From an uncultured Muribaculaceae bacterium (GTDB taxonomy: Bacteria > Bacteroidota > Bacteroidia > Bacteroidales > Muribaculaceae): a stretch of DNA of 64,000 nt. The position numbers were made by a program, and so were the translations under genes. The stretch lies in NCBI GenBank assembly GCA_910586895.1, contig CAJUIW010000002.1:19837-83836 (forward strand), given 5' to 3'. Below, piece after piece: positions 17,772 through 25,581 of the stretch. Each line of letters starts with the position of its first letter. Positions within the stretch are counted from its first letter, which is position 1. The notes under the pieces are model-generated. The model saw nothing but the letters and a program-made list of their open reading frames with translations. It searched no databases and was not told the DNA's origin.

Positions 17772-18622
17772 TGGTACATTTCACGGAGTGCGTATGTTCG
17801 TTCGCGCAGGAATTGACCCAGCTCTTCGGGAGATGCGCTGTGTGCGGCCTGCTCCTCTACGGATATGGGCTGCCCAACGCTGACGTGTATCTCTTTGCCC
17901 ACTTTGCGCCACACCTCGGCGGGCAGGCGCAGTGAACGTCCCGGCCAGAAGGCATGTCCGAGGAAGTTGAACCACCAGCTGTTGCTGCCATGGAAGAATA
18001 TCGGTATCACAGGTACCTTGGCACGCTGTATTATCTGCAGGATGGTAGGCTGCCATTCGCGGTCAACGAGGCGGCCGCGCCAGTTTGTCTTGCTCATGGC
18101 TCCGGCGGGGAAAAATCCTACAGGCTCGCCGTTCTTGAGCATACGGATGGCCTGACGGATGCCGTTGACCGATACCTGACGCTTCTTCGGGTCCTGACTT
18201 GACCATGCATCCACAGCTATGAAGTTGGGGCGCATGGCGGTAATCTGGTTCAGAATCATATTGACCATCACGCGGAATTCCGGCCGGCGTGAGGCTATCA
18301 GGTGTATCAGTGTTATGCCGTCCAAAGCGCCGAACGGATGATTGCTGACGGTGATGAAAGCACCTTCAGGCAGGTGGTCGAGCACATCCTGTCCGTCAAT
18401 GCGGAGCTTGATATGGAATTCCTCGAAGAGAAGGCGGCGCACGAATTCCGGTCCGGGAGTGTCGCAGCATTTGGCATGAACAGCGTTGACTTTGTCAACG
18501 GAGAGGAAATGCAGAAGCCAGTTGACGAGCTTTTCGTGGCCGTCAAGTTTCGGGACCATCCGGCGTATATCATCATAGTTGAGTACGTCGGGGCGTATTT
18601 CGTTGTTTTGATCTTCAGCCAT
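17768..18622 (-). CDS. lysophospholipid acyltransferase (LPLAT/PlsC-like) family protein
   Basis: NHPFGALDG (H..D catalytic block), VGFFPAGAMS block. ATGA-type overlaps on both sides. Confidence 0.8.
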   Translation of the reverse strand: MAEDQNNEIRPDVLNYDDIRRMVPKLDGHEKLVNWLLHFLSVDKVNAVHAKCCDTPGPEFVRRLLFEEFHIKLRIDGQDVLDHLPEGAFITVSNHPFGALDGITLIHLIASRRPEFRVMVNMILNQITAMRPNFIAVDAWSSQDPKKRQVSVNGIRQAIRMLKNGEPVGFFPAGAMSKTNWRGRLVDREWQPTILQIIQRAKVPVIPIFFHGSNSWWFNFLGHAFWPGRSLRLPAEVWRKVGKEIHVSVGQPISVEEQAAHSASPEELGQFLRERTYALREMYH

Positions 18623-19565
18623 TTATATAATCGGTATATTTGTTTACGAATCGGTTGAATCCGGGTATCCGCATAAGCAGGTACTCAAATAAGGCATACC
18701 CTGTCAGGGCACATGCTATGCCGAGGAGCACATCTATTATATAGTGGTGCGATGTGTATACGGCAGTCAGCCATATACCCACGGTGATCACTGCAAGGGC
18801 TGTGATCCATGCGGCTCCGGTTCGGTAGCGCACGGCATAGAGCAGTGCTACAAGGGTGTAGGCCGAGTGGAGCGAGGGCACGGCGGCGAATATGTTGGAA
18901 TTGCGGGCGTACAGGCCGTCAAATACGTTCCAGCCTGTGATCTGCCCGAATGCAGCCAGGCCTGCCACCTCACCTTTGGTGCCGGGAATGGCCTCGAATC
19001 CATGTCCGGCCACATACCATGGTGGTGCCGCCGGATGAATATAGTAGCCGGCAAATCCTATCAGATTGACCAGCAGGAATACTATAGCGAAATGCAGATA
19101 TTCATTCCGCCTGCCCTTGAAATAGAGCCAGAGCCCGAATAATATCGGCACCGGAACCCAGCATAGGTAGAACACTCCGGCCAAGAAATCGGCTGCGGCA
19201 AAGGTATGGTGGGCAAAGAACTCGTTAGGTGTCAGCAGCCCCCACTGCTCCGTGTTGATTCCGAACAGGGCTTTCTCGGTATTGTAGAGACCTATGGTGT
19301 CAACCGGATTGACCGTATAGTTGGGGCACAGGTTCATCCAGTCATATGATATGCCGAAAAGAAAGAATGGTACCAGAGCCACGGTAAGCCTACGGGTGAC
19401 GCCCGAGGAGAAGAAGAGGGCCAGGATAAGCAGTGCCATGAACGTATGTTCAGGGCGGAAGCCTATGAACAGGGCTGTGACAACAAGCCATACCGCTAAT
19501 GCACCAACGCAGAGCAGGCTCTCACGCAGTGTGGCCCGGGTGGGTTGATGTTCTGTCATGTTCAT
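18615..19565 (-). CDS. PAP2-superfamily membrane protein, inositol-phosphoceramide-synthase-like
   Basis: 316 aa polytopic protein. PAP2 C2/C3-like motifs VPSLHSAY and YTSHHYIIDVLLG (AUR1/IPC-synthase-type H-H-x2-D). It is adjacent to the PIP synthase. Confidence 0.7.
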   Translation of the reverse strand: MNMTEHQPTRATLRESLLCVGALAVWLVVTALFIGFRPEHTFMALLILALFFSSGVTRRLTVALVPFFLFGISYDWMNLCPNYTVNPVDTIGLYNTEKALFGINTEQWGLLTPNEFFAHHTFAAADFLAGVFYLCWVPVPILFGLWLYFKGRRNEYLHFAIVFLLVNLIGFAGYYIHPAAPPWYVAGHGFEAIPGTKGEVAGLAAFGQITGWNVFDGLYARNSNIFAAVPSLHSAYTLVALLYAVRYRTGAAWITALAVITVGIWLTAVYTSHHYIIDVLLGIACALTGYALFEYLLMRIPGFNRFVNKYTDYING

Positions 19566-20254
19566 TTATTGCTGGCCTTGAGTATGCGTTTGCTGTAGTT
19601 TACGCGGGCAAATGCGGTGATGTTGGCGAACACGGCTATGAATCCCATGGCCACCATCAGTATCATGGCCGGGTCAAACTCCGCTCCGCACTGGCCTGTG
19701 ATACCGGTGGCAAGAGTGGCTATCGAGGTGATCACCACACGCTCCGGACGCTGCAGGAACCCGATTTTGCACTCTATGCCGAGACCTTCGGCACGGGCGC
19801 GCACATAGCTTACCATGATGCTGCCCACCAGCGCCAGGAATGTGACCAAGGCGCCAATGATGTGATCTGTCTGTATCAGGTAATATGATATGGCTCCGAG
19901 TGTGGCGAGCTCGCAGTAGCGGTCGAGCACGGAATCGTACATAGCTCCGAAAGTAGAGGCCATGTTGCCGAGGCGTGCCACCTGTCCGTCAAGCATGTCA
20001 AACAGAGAAAAGCCTATTATAAGCGCTCCACCCCATGTGAGCAGGCTCCAGTCAATGGTGCCGCTTATGCTGGCGTCGTAGCCGGCCCAGATAATTATTG
20101 CGGCGGCAGCCAGATTGCCTAACAGTCCTATGGTGGTGACTATGTTAGGGGTTATCTTCATTTTTATCAGAAGCCGTACAAAGGGATTGATCACGCAGTA
20201 GATGCCCTGCTGGAGGGAACCGCGGGTCTGAACAGCCGATTCTTTAATTTTCAT
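19562..20254 (-). CDS. CDP-diacylglycerol--inositol-3-phosphate 3-phosphatidyltransferase (PIP synthase) candidate
   Basis: Perfect CDP-alcohol signature DMLDGQVAR-x8-G-x3-D-x3-D. The start is trimmed to the ATG at 20254 (MKIKES..). Confidence 0.8.
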   Translation of the reverse strand: MKIKESAVQTRGSLQQGIYCVINPFVRLLIKMKITPNIVTTIGLLGNLAAAAIIIWAGYDASISGTIDWSLLTWGGALIIGFSLFDMLDGQVARLGNMASTFGAMYDSVLDRYCELATLGAISYYLIQTDHIIGALVTFLALVGSIMVSYVRARAEGLGIECKIGFLQRPERVVITSIATLATGITGQCGAEFDPAMILMVAMGFIAVFANITAFARVNYSKRILKASNK

Positions 20255-20801
20255 CTCTCTTATGTTTGTAAGTGAAAAGATTAACAAAGTTGATTGCCAC
20301 CTTGTCAAAGCGGGTGACGCTGTACACAAAGTAGCGCTGGAGCACGAAGTTCCAGAACCATGATACAAGCAGTGACACTATCAGACGGGCGGCGGCAAAG
20401 TAGCCGTCAGGACGGAAGCCTATTGTCTCGAGCCAGTGCCAGTTGTTGAGGATATGGTATAGCGCCTGTGTGCCGAACGAGTTGAGCAGAAGGCTTCCTA
20501 CCCATACCATGGCATATTTTACCGCCACGGCTTTCCAGGGGCAGTCCTTGGCATGGAATGTGAAGCGGTAGTTGATGATGCAGTTTATCACTCCGCCGAG
20601 CAGTGCTCCTATGGCTGTGGATAGCCATGGTGTGAGGCCCACCCATGCGAAGAGTGCGAATGCAGTAAAGAGGTCTGCCCACGATGCTGTCTGCGAGGAT
20701 ACGGCTGAGCGGAGAAACGAATAGATAAGTTTATCGCTCTTGATAATATCGGTTCCTACTTTCTTTATTTTATCCATATCACAGGCAGAAATAGTTGACA
20801 A
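20244..20801 (-). CDS. GtrA-like family membrane protein
   Basis: About 4 TM segments. Typical GtrA-like pattern (GGVINCIINYRFTFH .. WNFVLQRYFVY). The start is uncertain (20801 or 20777). Confidence 0.7.
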   Translation of the reverse strand: MSTISACDMDKIKKVGTDIIKSDKLIYSFLRSAVSSQTASWADLFTAFALFAWVGLTPWLSTAIGALLGGVINCIINYRFTFHAKDCPWKAVAVKYAMVWVGSLLLNSFGTQALYHILNNWHWLETIGFRPDGYFAAARLIVSLLVSWFWNFVLQRYFVYSVTRFDKVAINFVNLFTYKHKRDEN

Positions 20802-21297
20802 TAAGCAGTATCACCACGGAGTAGATGCCGGCCAATATGTCATCGGCCATCATTCCGTAGCCTCCGGGGAAGCGCTCCATGCTGCGGATGCCAAACGGTT
20901 TGTATATATCGAAGAATCTGAACAGCACGAGCGACAGCAGAATCTCCCACCATGGAGTGACGGCAATGCCTGACAGCGGCAGGAGCGATATCCACTGCCC
21001 TACCGTTTCGTCGGCGCACGCTATCACCGGATCCTTGCCCCAGTATTTTTCCGACTCTGAGCTTGCCCAGGTTCCGGCCACGGTGTAGACGGCGGCTGCG
21101 GTAAGCGTCACCCAGAATATCAGCGGCTGGCTTGCCCAGAAATAGAGCGGAAGCCACAGCAGTATGGCAAGCAGAGCTCCCCATGTGCCGGGTGCCACCG
21201 GAAGATACCCCACACCGAACGATGTGGCCAGCAGTCGTGGCAGCAGCGGGAACGGCTTGTCAGTTATAGGGACCGGACGTCGCGACTTGATTTTCAT
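20779..21297 (-). CDS. pgpA: PgpA-family phosphatidylglycerophosphatase A-like (candidate PIP phosphatase)
   Basis: FGVGYLPVAPGTWGAL .. FDIYKPFGIRSMERFPGGYGMMADDILAG: canonical PgpA motifs. Confidence 0.85.
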   Translation of the reverse strand: MKIKSRRPVPITDKPFPLLPRLLATSFGVGYLPVAPGTWGALLAILLWLPLYFWASQPLIFWVTLTAAAVYTVAGTWASSESEKYWGKDPVIACADETVGQWISLLPLSGIAVTPWWEILLSLVLFRFFDIYKPFGIRSMERFPGGYGMMADDILAGIYSVVILLIVNYFCL

Positions 21298-22169
21298 TAC
21301 TTCTTCTCGTTATGTTCCTTTATCAGGGTCATTATGCGCTTGGCTATGTGCGGGGCTGCCTCTACACGGCAAGGTGCGAAGCTGGGCCAGTCATTGAAGT
21401 CAATGATCTGTATCTCGCCTGTTTCCGATACGATACAGTCGCCTCCGTAGATTATGATATCCACTTCATCGGCGGCTTTCTGGCACATCTTCTTCAGGCT
21501 GTCAAGGTCAAAATGAAAGCCTGTGGAGTGACCGTTTATGCGCTCCATGCCGTATTTTGACTGTCCGTTGTCAAAGGGGTAGAACCAGTAGAAAAACTGT
21601 GTTCCGCGCACACCGTAGAATTTGATCAGGTCGCCCGGCAGATGGCGGTTAATTACGGCTCGCTTTATCCCGCGCATGAAATACTCCTGAAGCACCTCCT
21701 GAGCTTCTTCGGGGTGGCGGGCATAGCTCACATCCTCCTTGTGCATGGCGTGGCTGTCGCCGCGCTTTATCCAGCAGTTGGTGAAGCGTGCGTTGATCAG
21801 TTTGTCGCGCACTACCTCGTCAGTGTTTACCACGAGGCTTTCCGGATAGGGTATGCCTGAACCTACAAGTATGCGTGTCATGCGTTCGCGGGTGCAGTTC
21901 TCTATGCCGTAGCCTGAGTTGATTACCAGGGCGCCGGCATCCTCCAGTTGCTGGAGCTTGTCGATAGAGCCCTGCTCACGGCACATGTTGACTATGATAT
22001 TCTCCTGTACTTTTCCGGCCATCAGCTGCTCTTCACTGTAGACAGTCACCTGAGCTCCGCGTTTGCGCAGCTGCTCGGCCACTAAATTGAAAATGGCGGC
22101 GTCGTTGCCGATATGGTTAGGTGAATATGCGCCGGCACGCATTACGCCGGCTATGTTTATCTCAGCCAT
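21297..22169 (-). CDS. ATP-grasp-fold enzyme of unknown substrate
   Basis: C-terminal ATP-grasp Mg/ATP block (IIIYGGDCIVSETGEIQIIDFNDWPSF) and a central CWIKRGDSHAMHKEDV strand-loop. No specific family was recognised. Confidence 0.6.
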   Translation of the reverse strand: MAEINIAGVMRAGAYSPNHIGNDAAIFNLVAEQLRKRGAQVTVYSEEQLMAGKVQENIIVNMCREQGSIDKLQQLEDAGALVINSGYGIENCTRERMTRILVGSGIPYPESLVVNTDEVVRDKLINARFTNCWIKRGDSHAMHKEDVSYARHPEEAQEVLQEYFMRGIKRAVINRHLPGDLIKFYGVRGTQFFYWFYPFDNGQSKYGMERINGHSTGFHFDLDSLKKMCQKAADEVDIIIYGGDCIVSETGEIQIIDFNDWPSFAPCRVEAAPHIAKRIMTLIKEHNEKK

Positions 22170-22881
22170 TTGATTCGTTGGTTAAAAGCCTGTTGGCTGT
22201 TTCTATATCATGTTGGTGATCCACATCGATGATTTTGCCCATGGGCCATGCGCGCAGGTTGAGTCCGCATGCCACAAGACGGCGCTGGAAATTGCGCATG
22301 CGGCTTATCCCCTCTTCCATGCAGCGGTCAAGCACTTCCGTGGCCTTTGGCGACAGTGCGTATATGCCGCCTGAAATGTACTTGGTCGACGCGTCGGGTG
22401 CATCAAGGAATGCGGTTATGCGGTCATTTGCATCAGTGTCCACATACAGGGGCTTTTCATCGTCAATGAATGTGGTTACGGCCATATATCCGTCGGAAGT
22501 GGTATCGGCCTCGAATGCAGCTATGAATTCCCTGAAGCGGGCGGGGTGGAAAATGGTGTCGACTGTGGTGAGGCAGAAGCGCTCCCCTTTCGGCAGGATG
22601 CGGGTAAGCTCATGGAAGCTGTGCATGGAGCTTGGGGTTGACTTCACGCAGAGGCGCAGCTCCACAGGGAGTGTGGGGGCAAGCTCTTCGAGGTATCTTC
22701 TCACTTCGGTCATCTGCTCGTTGACAATGACGCTTATGGTCGTGGCATTGCAGCTGATGAATATATCTATCAGCCGCTTTATCATAGGCTTGCCGTCGAT
22801 TTCCACAAGCGGTTTCGGCAGACTCACACCCTCCTGCTGCAGCCGGGAGCCTTCACCGGCAGCTATAATGCCGTAGTTCAT
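22162..22881 (-). CDS. NTP-transferase (sugar/alcohol-phosphate nucleotidylyltransferase) family protein
   Basis: N-terminal GIIAAGEGSRL .. PKPLVEIDGKPMI signature of nucleotidylyltransferases (IPCT/LicC-like). Confidence 0.8.
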   Translation of the reverse strand: MNYGIIAAGEGSRLQQEGVSLPKPLVEIDGKPMIKRLIDIFISCNATTISVIVNEQMTEVRRYLEELAPTLPVELRLCVKSTPSSMHSFHELTRILPKGERFCLTTVDTIFHPARFREFIAAFEADTTSDGYMAVTTFIDDEKPLYVDTDANDRITAFLDAPDASTKYISGGIYALSPKATEVLDRCMEEGISRMRNFQRRLVACGLNLRAWPMGKIIDVDHQHDIETANRLLTNESNG

Positions 22882-23987
22882 TGGTCGGAATCGGTTTCGT
22901 TGAGGTTAAGCACCACATTGTCATTCTTGCTCTTTTCGTAATACTGCTTGCGGAGCGGATTGCGATGGGCCGAGCGGTGGCGGCGGCGGTTGCGCAGAAT
23001 GTCGATTGCTGAATATATGGCCTGACGCATTGATTCGGCATCGGCTACTCCTTTTCCGGCTATGTCAAATGCAGTGCCGTGGTCAGGCGAGGTGCGCACG
23101 TAGTCAAGTCCGGCAGTGAAGTTGACCCCTTCGTTCATGGCAAGGGCCTTGAAAGGGGCAAGCCCCTGGTCGTGGTACATGGCCAGAACGCCGTCAAACT
23201 TGTTGAACAGCCCGTTGCCGAAGAATCCGTCGGCCGCATACGGACCGAAACAGTTGATTTTCTTCTCACGTGCTTTCTCTATTGCCGGTGTTATGATTTC
23301 TTTCTCTTCGCTGCCGAGCAGTCCCTCCTCACCGGCATGCGGATTGAGTGCCAGAACGGCTATACGGGGGTGCGGAAGAGCAAAGTCCTTTTCCAGCGAC
23401 TCGGCAAGGCTCTCAATCTTGGCAAGAATTCCATCGGTAGTGAGCATCGACGGTACACGTGCTATGGGTACATGCGTTGTGGCGAGGGCCACGCGCATAT
23501 TGTCGGAGCATAGTATCATCAGCGCATGATCATTGCCGTTGTCGGAGAGAGATGCCTCGAGGTACTCGGTGTGGCCGGGGAAAGTGAAACGGTCGCTCTG
23601 TATGGTGTGCTTGTCAATCGGGGCTGTCACCAGCAGGTCGATATTACCTTGGCGCAGGTCGGCCACGGCACGTTCAAGAGCGCAGAAAGCAGCTTCGCCG
23701 GCGGCACGTGATGCCACCCCGGGCTCCACTTTCACATCCTCGCCCACTACGTTGATTATGTTGTATTCACCTATGCGCGCGTCAGCACCCGAGTTGACCT
23801 GGTTGAGGGGGAACTGTGCTATGCCGAGGTTCTTGCGGTAAAAAGCCGCTATTTTTGCCGAGCCGTAGATTATTGGGGTGCACAGCTCAAGTATGCGGTT
23901 GTCTTCTAATGCTTTAAGGATTACTTCGTAGCCTATTCCGTTGATATCGCCCTGAGTTATCCCTACTTTTATGCGGTTGTCTGCCAT
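22878..23987 (-). CDS. pdxA: 4-hydroxythreonine-4-phosphate dehydrogenase
   Basis: 369 aa. GDINGIGYEV, TTHVPI, HGTAFDIAGKGVA motifs. Confidence 0.93.
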   Translation of the reverse strand: MADNRIKVGITQGDINGIGYEVILKALEDNRILELCTPIIYGSAKIAAFYRKNLGIAQFPLNQVNSGADARIGEYNIINVVGEDVKVEPGVASRAAGEAAFCALERAVADLRQGNIDLLVTAPIDKHTIQSDRFTFPGHTEYLEASLSDNGNDHALMILCSDNMRVALATTHVPIARVPSMLTTDGILAKIESLAESLEKDFALPHPRIAVLALNPHAGEEGLLGSEEKEIITPAIEKAREKKINCFGPYAADGFFGNGLFNKFDGVLAMYHDQGLAPFKALAMNEGVNFTAGLDYVRTSPDHGTAFDIAGKGVADAESMRQAIYSAIDILRNRRRHRSAHRNPLRKQYYEKSKNDNVVLNLNETDSDQ

Positions 23988-24044
23988 TTGTTATATGATG
24001 AAAGTACACATTAAGCCTAATGTGTGCGCTAAATTACATATTTT

Positions 24045-24989
24045 TCAGCATTCCACCAATTTTTCCTCTATGAGGCGGATGGCATTGCGGCGCAGTCCGT
24101 CGAGCTTGGCGCGCTTCATCGGGCTGCGGCGGAATAGGCGGGTGTACTCCTCGGTGTCCATTGACATGATCTGTTGGGCCGATATGTCAAGCAGTGCCGG
24201 GCGCGGAGTGAATTCCGGTAGAGTGGTGTATGCCGGATGTGAGTTGTGGGGACACACTTCCGAGCAGCGGTCGCATCCGTAGAGACATCCTTGTAGCCGG
24301 GGTTCCGACGGTAGCGGTCCGCGGTGTTCTATGGTGAGGTATGACAGACAGCGGCGTGCGTCAAACGGATGGGAGGATGACAATGCTCCTCCGGGGCATG
24401 CCTCAATGCAACGCCGGCATGAGCCGCATGGGTTACCCGGCAGGGGAGAGGTAGGGGTGAAGCGTACCGTGGTCAGAATCTCTGCAAGAAAACAGTATGT
24501 ACCGGCTCCGGGAACGATTATCTGACCGGAACGTCCCTGACGTCCTACACCTGCGCGTATGGCCCAGTAGCGTTCATGGATAGGTGCCGTATCTACACAT
24601 ATGCGTGTCGCTCCTCCGGAGCGCTTCTCAATGGCTTCGGCCACTGCTTTCAAGCGCTTGCGAACCACGTCGTGATAGTCATCGCCCAAGGCATATGAGG
24701 CTATGCGTGCCGCCGGGTTTATTCTCCGGCTGTCAGGGTGACGGTAGGGGATGGCTATGCTGATTACGGAGCTTGTGCCGTCAAGCAGAAGCCGCGGGTC
24801 GGCTCTCAGCTCCTCGTGGCGGTCAAGGTAGTCCATGTCGGCGTGGTAGCCTTCGGCTATCCATCGGAGATAGGCGGAGTGGACCGCTTCATCCACAGGT
24901 ACGGCATCGGCTACTCCCCACCGTATGGCTCCGGCTTCGTTGAGAAGTTGCTGAAATTCAATGTCAGCGGGGAATGGTATGGAATTCAT
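24045..24989 (-). CDS. queG: tRNA epoxyqueuosine(34) reductase
   Basis: 314 aa. 4Fe-4S ferredoxin motifs CGSCRRCIEACP and CDRCSEVCP, with QueG-like N-terminal and HEAT-like C-terminal regions. Confidence 0.9.
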   Translation of the reverse strand: MNSIPFPADIEFQQLLNEAGAIRWGVADAVPVDEAVHSAYLRWIAEGYHADMDYLDRHEELRADPRLLLDGTSSVISIAIPYRHPDSRRINPAARIASYALGDDYHDVVRKRLKAVAEAIEKRSGGATRICVDTAPIHERYWAIRAGVGRQGRSGQIIVPGAGTYCFLAEILTTVRFTPTSPLPGNPCGSCRRCIEACPGGALSSSHPFDARRCLSYLTIEHRGPLPSEPRLQGCLYGCDRCSEVCPHNSHPAYTTLPEFTPRPALLDISAQQIMSMDTEEYTRLFRRSPMKRAKLDGLRRNAIRLIEEKLVEC

Positions 24990-25581
24990 AGCCGTTTTGC
25001 AGAAGCCATTCTATGGCACGCGGCAATGCGTAGCGCAGGTTACGTTCAGCTTTCAGGGAGTCGTGAAATACTATGATGGAGCCGTTGCGCACATAGTGTT
25101 TCACATTGCGCAGCACCTGTTCCGGCGTCAGTTTGCGGGAGTAGTCGCGTGTCACGAGGTCATACATCACTATGTTGTAGTGATTCTTGATGGCCTTGGC
25201 CTGTGCCCAGCGGATAAGTCCGTGGGGCGGACGGAACAGTGAGCTGTCAATCAGCGCATCGGCTTCAGTGATGTCGCGCATGTAGCGCACGGTTGACACC
25301 AGGCGTCCCTGCATGTGGTGCATGGTGTGGTTGCCGTAGCTGTGTCCGCGGCGGCGCACCTCTTCAAGCAGTTCGGGGTGGCGGCGTACATTGTCGCCCA
25401 CCATGAAGAATGTGGCTTTCACGCCGTAGCGGTCAAGCATGTCAAGAACCCACGGCGTCACTTCCGGAATGGGGCCGTCGTCGAAGGTCAGATATATCGC
25501 TTTCCGGCCGCGCTGTTTTATGCGCCATATTGCCTCGGGGAAGAGGAGCCGGTAAGCGAGTGGGGGCTGCTCAATCAGCAT
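24964..25581 (-). CDS. polysaccharide deacetylase (NodB homology domain) family protein
   Basis: LTFDDGP, HSYGNHTMHH, RPPHG motifs. Confidence 0.85.
   Translation of the reverse strand: MLIEQPPLAYRLLFPEAIWRIKQRGRKAIYLTFDDGPIPEVTPWVLDMLDRYGVKATFFMVGDNVRRHPELLEEVRRRGHSYGNHTMHHMQGRLVSTVRYMRDITEADALIDSSLFRPPHGLIRWAQAKAIKNHYNIVMYDLVTRDYSRKLTPEQVLRNVKHYVRNGSIIVFHDSLKAERNLRYALPRAIEWLLQNGYEFHTIPR

Noticed and set aside
24007-24030. Hairpin ACACATTA-agcc-TAATGTGT between the queG stop and the pdxA start.
   Set aside because: It is probably a weak terminator or processing structure. The stem is short and AT-rich with no clear U-run, so it is not strong enough to annotate as a feature.
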